A stretch of 37,179 nucleotides of DNA, taken from IMG/VR virus record IMGVR_UViG_3300032269_000625, positions 1 to 37,179 of that record; one strand, given 5' to 3'. The first letter of the stretch is position 1. Each line of letters opens with the position of its first letter. Both the position numbers and the translations under genes were made by a program. This DNA comes from a virus (Duplodnaviria > Caudoviricetes). The notes under the pieces were generated by a model. The model was not told the origin of the DNA. It saw only the letters and a list, made by a program, of their open reading frames with translations, and made no database searches. Shown here in pieces: positions 33,601 through 37,179 of the stretch.

Positions 33601-36600
33601 GCCGAAAGGGCTAACCTTGCCGCCCTTATGCAGAGTGAGGCACAACTTCGCCTGCGTGTAGCCAGAGAGATTGGAGAGCTTCCAACCGACCCCATGGACG
33701 GCGGTCTGGATCAGCAAGCGGCCGGACTTATCGCGGCCAAGGTTCTGTTTGGATCTAGCGGAGTAACCCAAGAGGAGCTGAAGGCCAAGTACCGAGGGAT
33801 GCCAATCATCCAGACCGATTCTAATGGCATCCAAGTGCCATCAGAGTTTGTTAAGCAGGACATATTCTCAAAAGCACCAACCATGTCCGAACAGCTCAAG
33901 GGGTTCTTGTCGCGAGTTAATCAGGCAATGGCAAACCAGACGGATGCTGGAGGTGCTGGGGCAGAACCGCCAGAACCACCGAAGCCCGAGCAAGAGCCAA
34001 CCGGAAAGCCAAGACAAGTTGATCAAGCAAACCTAAAGACCCCACGCCAGATTGCGGAAGCCAGCGCCAGGACAGGATCCCCAGCTTTAATGGCAAGACT
34101 AGAAGGCACGACACCGGACGAGAGATGGGCATCGGCAGAATCAAAGATCAAAAACCTAGTCACCGCAATTGGATCTAAGGGGCTGGATGTAAGGTTCGTA
34201 TCCGATGGGGCAGCATCTTCCGTAGCTTTTGAAGCAGACAATAAAACCCTCCGTATCAGCCTCAATAAAGAGTCGTTTATGGATATGGAGAACACGGATC
34301 CGGAGGCAAACAACCGGTACGTCAGAGAGGAGATAGCCCATCTTGGGGATATTGCAGAGGGAGCATTAGACGCAAAAAGGCAGGGCAAGGATAATTACCG
34401 CCAACATTGGGAACAGCAACGTGCAAACATGCTTTCAAGAATCTTTACTATTGCAAAGCAGGATAAAGCCGTTGAGCAATCCGTTGTAGCGGCAGCTAAC
34501 CTTTATTTGCCTAAGGTACAAAGAATCATGAAGGCATCTGAGATGCGAATGGGCGCGAATCGAGCCGCTACTGATGACGCCTTGGTTCGTGGAGCTGTTA
34601 AGCCTCAATTCAAAACAGTGTCCGATATTCAGCAGTACATGATCCGCGTTGGAATGTCTGGAGAGAGGGGAGTCCGAGCTATGCCATTATTTATGGCTGA
34701 GATGCTCAGAATGTTAAAGACCTATGGTCAGCCCCAAACAGAGGCAAGAAACTTTCTTCAAACTGCAGCCAAAATAAGCGGGGGATCTAGGACAATCATA
34801 AAAGTAATATCCGATTACCTCCGAAAAGTATACAAAGCACTGTTTTCAATTAAGGATAGCCTGGTCAAAGCCGACCCTCAGTTGGCTGAAGACTTAAGCA
34901 ATTTGTTGTCTGAGATAGACGATGTTCTCTCCGATTCGCCCAGCCAACCACGGCCAGAAGTGGCTCAACGTAGCCCAAATGTGCCACAAGCCCCAGAGGC
35001 CAAGCCCCGCGCTCCGCCAGAAACAGGAGGTGAAAATGTCCCGCAAGCCCCAGAAACGCCAGAAATTGTCCCGCCCCAAAATGCAGGTGAACCGCCGGTT
35101 ATCGGCCAAACTCCTGAAGGGAGTCAAACAGTTGGAACTATTGCACCGCCAGAGCCGAGAGTAAAAATTGTCCCAAAGAGGACCGACACAGATCTAAGGG
35201 CTATTCCGTCGGGCCAAGTTGTCGATTTCCCAGTCAGTAAGATCGTTGTTAACGACAAGATTCAGCAATTTAAGAAGAAGGCCAAAAAAGATACTGGAGT
35301 GGTCAAACAGCTTACGGGCGAATATCAGCTTACGCCCAGAAACCCGATTGTTATCTGGCAAAGGAACGACGGCGTATTTGAGGTGATCACCGGCCGACAT
35401 CGGTTGGATCTAGCCAAGCGGAACAATATGGCGACAATTCCAGCCCAAATCGTCAAAGAATCAGAGGGGTGGACGCAAGAGATTGCCGAAACATTTGATG
35501 CTGAGGCCAACATTCGAGACGGCCAAGGCGACCTAGAGGACTTTGCTTACTATTTTAGAAAGTCTGGAATCAGCCAGCAAGACGCCGAAGCAAAGGGTCT
35601 TTTGCGTGATGACGGCAAGGGTAAGGCCGGATTCTTGATCGCCAACGATGCGGCTGAAGACGTTTATGCAGGGCTAATGGCTGGAAAGATCGAGTCCGGC
35701 ATGGCGGTTATTATCGCCTCTGGCGCACCGAAGTCTGGCGGGGCCGTCAATGAATCAATCCAGAGAGCTGCCTTAAACTACGTTAATTCAGAAAGAGTCA
35801 CCCAGCAGGATGTTCGCAACTTTATCTCTGGAATGATCGCAACCTTCGCTGATAAGGGGCCAACTGAGACGCAATCAGACTTGTTCGGTAATGATGACTC
35901 AGCTTTGGAGCTGATGAAGCAACGCTCCAAGAAGGCCTCAAAGATCCAGAAGGATATTCGGCAAAAGCTGAACGCAATGTTGAATTTCAAGAAGCTGAGT
36001 CGTGAAGGACAAGCTCAAGCTTTGCAGGATGTAGGCGTGACCATAGCTGCGGGAGAAGATTCCGTGGCCAAAGTAAATCAGAAAATAACAGATTTGCAGG
36101 CTGATCTCGCCTCTTGGGAGAGGTGGGCTACGGATCCAGCAAAAGTAAGCCAAATCGACCAAATGCCTGATATTAAGGCACAAAGGATCGATATTCAGGC
36201 ACAACGAATTGACCAAAACCAAGAAGGAGGCGTAGAATCTAATCGTGAAGAAAGAACTCAACCCGGAACAAGTGAAGGAATACAGCCAGATAGCAGCGGA
36301 GGAGGCATATCCCCGACTGGTGAAGTGGCAACGGGACAACCCGGACAGCTTCAGAATGTGGAAGACGGACGCGGACGCACTTTACCAAGATCCGTGGATC
36401 AACGACCTGACGGAGGATCCGGAGAGAACCAAGGATTGGCTGACAACACTGTTTCGGCAGGCGTGCGGGGCGGTGGAGGGCCACAACCAAATCTTGGCGC
36501 TATTCGCACGCTCCAAAGGAGAGGATCGGGAGTCGAAGCTGGGCGAGCTTCTGACGTCAATGACGCTGAACGAGTTTTAGGCGATGGCCTAGAAACCCAA

Positions 36601-37179
36601 GTTCCTTGGGTTCCGGTTATTCAGGGCAATGGAGTCAGCTTAAAAACATTTGCTCCAGCTGGTATTGCAGACGAAATTCGAAGAAATCTTGAGAGAATTG
36701 ACCGCGAGCGAGGCGGACTCGAAAACTATGTATCGAAGGCGTTAGGGTTTAATGATGTCTCCGAGCTTTACCGAGTCGTAAATCCAAAGGCCGGATCCAG
36801 ACTCAATAAAGAGCAAGTAGAGACAATCGCGGCCGCACTTGACCGGATGGATTCGGGCAAAGCCAACATCATTGGGCATGAGATGGGCATAGGGAAGGGC
36901 CGAGCCTGCGCAGCCCTGCTTTACGCAGCTTATCTTCGTGGTCAAATTCCAATCTTTTTCACGGCTAATTCGAGAACCTTGTACCCAACCCTAATGGATG
37001 ACTTTAGGGATCTTGGATTCAAGATGGATCCATTTATTACCGACCAAGACTTCGAGTCAGTAATGGGAGACGGAAATGTTCTGACAAACAAGGGCAAGAA
37101 CCCGAAGGCATTGTTCGAATCAATAACGGCAAGCAAGAAATTGCCGGCTGGCAAGACGATGGTAATGACCACATGGGAA
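30670..37179 (+). CDS. Giant polyvalent virion protein (>2170 aa, truncated): zincin-like, ParB-like and Strawberry-notch-like helicase domains
   Basis: Absent from the ORF track because no stop occurs in the window. Starts at ATG 30670 (MSLPDFGG). VREEIAH at about 34321-34341, PIVIWQRNDGVFEVITGRHRLDLAKR at about 35344-35421, and EQVETIAAA...IIGHEMGIGKGR...IPIFFT from about 36810 to 36965. Confidence 0.85.
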   Translation, partial: MSLPDFGGTGTDGKPEDNFGGPEPEFAPRTRGEARALEQEQTGKIKEATKAYNYGSEQALEEAGIKYKKDEQGFVQPRYAPNNEFGRSIEFGTSEFRDPITDEQRQIDETGKVKPRKRQNVSYRAGDANNPNYPNPSRLYRVYAREQDAGIADPNQPFAATKAEDIGSAFDLQGVSDQGISSLAKETVRKNRQYELGSAKSVLDARGQQLDVESETLKSQIDTLNQTPIPDWQPDGDKMDPAIASEVGGKADAKSRQDAAARIGMSRDQKIADFSSQLAEKNKERIRNRALQVELQSQMSLDEGESIYDNRVQQLLKNGAKQEDIDKDPLIGAIREGLTNIQKPVLPLSEVFKDPTLTPQAIYETRASQREKGRIEAEGRLAKEKATEFLKPFIEQATDTSISYTTLAGRRNRLSSVYNKLLDDADAADTKQKGSGLNLRAQASGYAEAIGVLDDQLSKVGKQATIAEQSAKIQGEFAKENEKRVQQELQGRLTKLEQETKQKVEKLKQRRGLEDGTFMGPPAPGDVPPATPTQGTPPTQPTPTTPQPQPESPTSWFKGGLNNLFSKDTMRQAARGYFELNQKFASGIYLSAANALRLRGKEVPISGGKLKTAGAAFVDAMTTSPSMPAKVMAVLSMVDRQFGGKLHNRAAKFFEESATAAKENETAIREEKFLGLEPVSPEWRESDVGQVVKSLTELPFYIGTTMINPAVGFIATFGTSYDDAIQNQLNAGVKNPDHVTALAEAIPVAAFESLGNLVELGLAKSLGKKFIQNLESMTARSLRGLFASASLKIGGGAVTEGMEEGVQQFWSNMIAKHIGKFDPNRPLDKDVWKSVKVAMWAGGAGVTAMGGGSVALTGAQNYLNERGLKKQADEMKAATEDIPANGWEDWGNKLPEQILDPGLAESFGEISADLDEQQGKFLVDLADSIKGAPFRRLLDLGKSIDESLIQPPALQSRAAGILTGAKNEQLIGEANLYAERANLAALMQSEAQLRLRVAREIGELPTDPMDGGLDQQAAGLIAAKVLFGSSGVTQEELKAKYRGMPIIQTDSNGIQVPSEFVKQDIFSKAPTMSEQLKGFLSRVNQAMANQTDAGGAGAEPPEPPKPEQEPTGKPRQVDQANLKTPRQIAEASARTGSPALMARLEGTTPDERWASAESKIKNLVTAIGSKGLDVRFVSDGAASSVAFEADNKTLRISLNKESFMDMENTDPEANNRYVREEIAHLGDIAEGALDAKRQGKDNYRQHWEQQRANMLSRIFTIAKQDKAVEQSVVAAANLYLPKVQRIMKASEMRMGANRAATDDALVRGAVKPQFKTVSDIQQYMIRVGMSGERGVRAMPLFMAEMLRMLKTYGQPQTEARNFLQTAAKISGGSRTIIKVISDYLRKVYKALFSIKDSLVKADPQLAEDLSNLLSEIDDVLSDSPSQPRPEVAQRSPNVPQAPEAKPRAPPETGGENVPQAPETPEIVPPQNAGEPPVIGQTPEGSQTVGTIAPPEPRVKIVPKRTDTDLRAIPSGQVVDFPVSKIVVNDKIQQFKKKAKKDTGVVKQLTGEYQLTPRNPIVIWQRNDGVFEVITGRHRLDLAKRNNMATIPAQIVKESEGWTQEIAETFDAEANIRDGQGDLEDFAYYFRKSGISQQDAEAKGLLRDDGKGKAGFLIANDAAEDVYAGLMAGKIESGMAVIIASGAPKSGGAVNESIQRAALNYVNSERVTQQDVRNFISGMIATFADKGPTETQSDLFGNDDSALELMKQRSKKASKIQKDIRQKLNAMLNFKKLSREGQAQALQDVGVTIAAGEDSVAKVNQKITDLQADLASWERWATDPAKVSQIDQMPDIKAQRIDIQAQRIDQNQEGGVESNREERTQPGTSEGIQPDSSGGGISPTGEVATGQPGQLQNVEDGRGRTLPRSVDQRPDGGSGENQGLADNTVSAGVRGGGGPQPNLGAIRTLQRRGSGVEAGRASDVNDAERVLGDGLETQVPWVPVIQGNGVSLKTFAPAGIADEIRRNLERIDRERGGLENYVSKALGFNDVSELYRVVNPKAGSRLNKEQVETIAAALDRMDSGKANIIGHEMGIGKGRACAALLYAAYLRGQIPIFFTANSRTLYPTLMDDFRDLGFKMDPFITDQDFESVMGDGNVLTNKGKNPKALFESITASKKLPAGKTMVMTTWE
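36209..36238 (+). promoter_or_regulatory. Internal sigma70-like promoter for the nested ORF
   Basis: TTGACC(36209-14)-N18-TAGAAT(36233-38)-N6-GTG(36245). Confidence 0.6.
36245..36580 (+). CDS. Nested +1-frame 111 aa protein inside the giant gene
   Basis: Globular, helical-looking sequence overlying a G/Q/R/P-rich linker of the host frame, with a promoter positioned for a leaderless start. Confidence 0.6.
   Translation: MKKELNPEQVKEYSQIAAEEAYPRLVKWQRDNPDSFRMWKTDADALYQDPWINDLTEDPERTKDWLTTLFRQACGAVEGHNQILALFARSKGEDRESKLGELLTSMTLNEF

Noticed and set aside
30686-36200. The many short ORFs listed across 30.7-36.2 kb
   Set aside because: They are alternative-frame shadows of the giant ORF. Unlike 36245-36580, I saw no promoter or protein-like composition supporting them.
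36169-36213. Imperfect 21-bp tandem repeat (DIKAQRI/DIQAQRI)
   Set aside because: It has only two degenerate copies. It may be a scar at the nested-gene boundary but is too weak to call.

Overview
This 37 kb window comes from a temperate dsDNA tailed phage, probably in its non-integrated form, since phage genes flank a tRNA-derived att core on both sides. It has four parts. (1) 1-8642, minus strand: a tightly coupled replication/recombination arm (Xis-like, ERF, DUF2800-type nuclease, DUF736-like, RusA, replication protein). The arm runs on into DUF3431, a SET-domain protein, UDP-galactopyranose mutase (glf) and a GT8-like glycosyltransferase cut by the window edge. (2) 8.7-10.3 kb: an attP-like tRNA-Ser 3' fragment, a tyrosine integrase, a convergently overlapping Xis-like gene and a small RHH-like regulator. 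(3) 11.3-24.1 kb, plus strand: about 35 mostly short accessory genes. Thirteen copies of the motif CGGAC-N7-GTT(T/A/G)AA punctuate them, each a fixed short distance before a start codon, and the region ends in a serine recombinase. (4) 24.3-37.2 kb: a Gly-rich fibre protein, the terminase large subunit, a probable ejection protein and a >2170 aa polyvalent protein missing from the ORF track (zincin-like, ParB-like and Strawberry-notch-like helicase domains). That protein carries a nested out-of-frame gene with its own sigma70-like promoter. All family calls come from recognising motifs by eye; no database searches were run.
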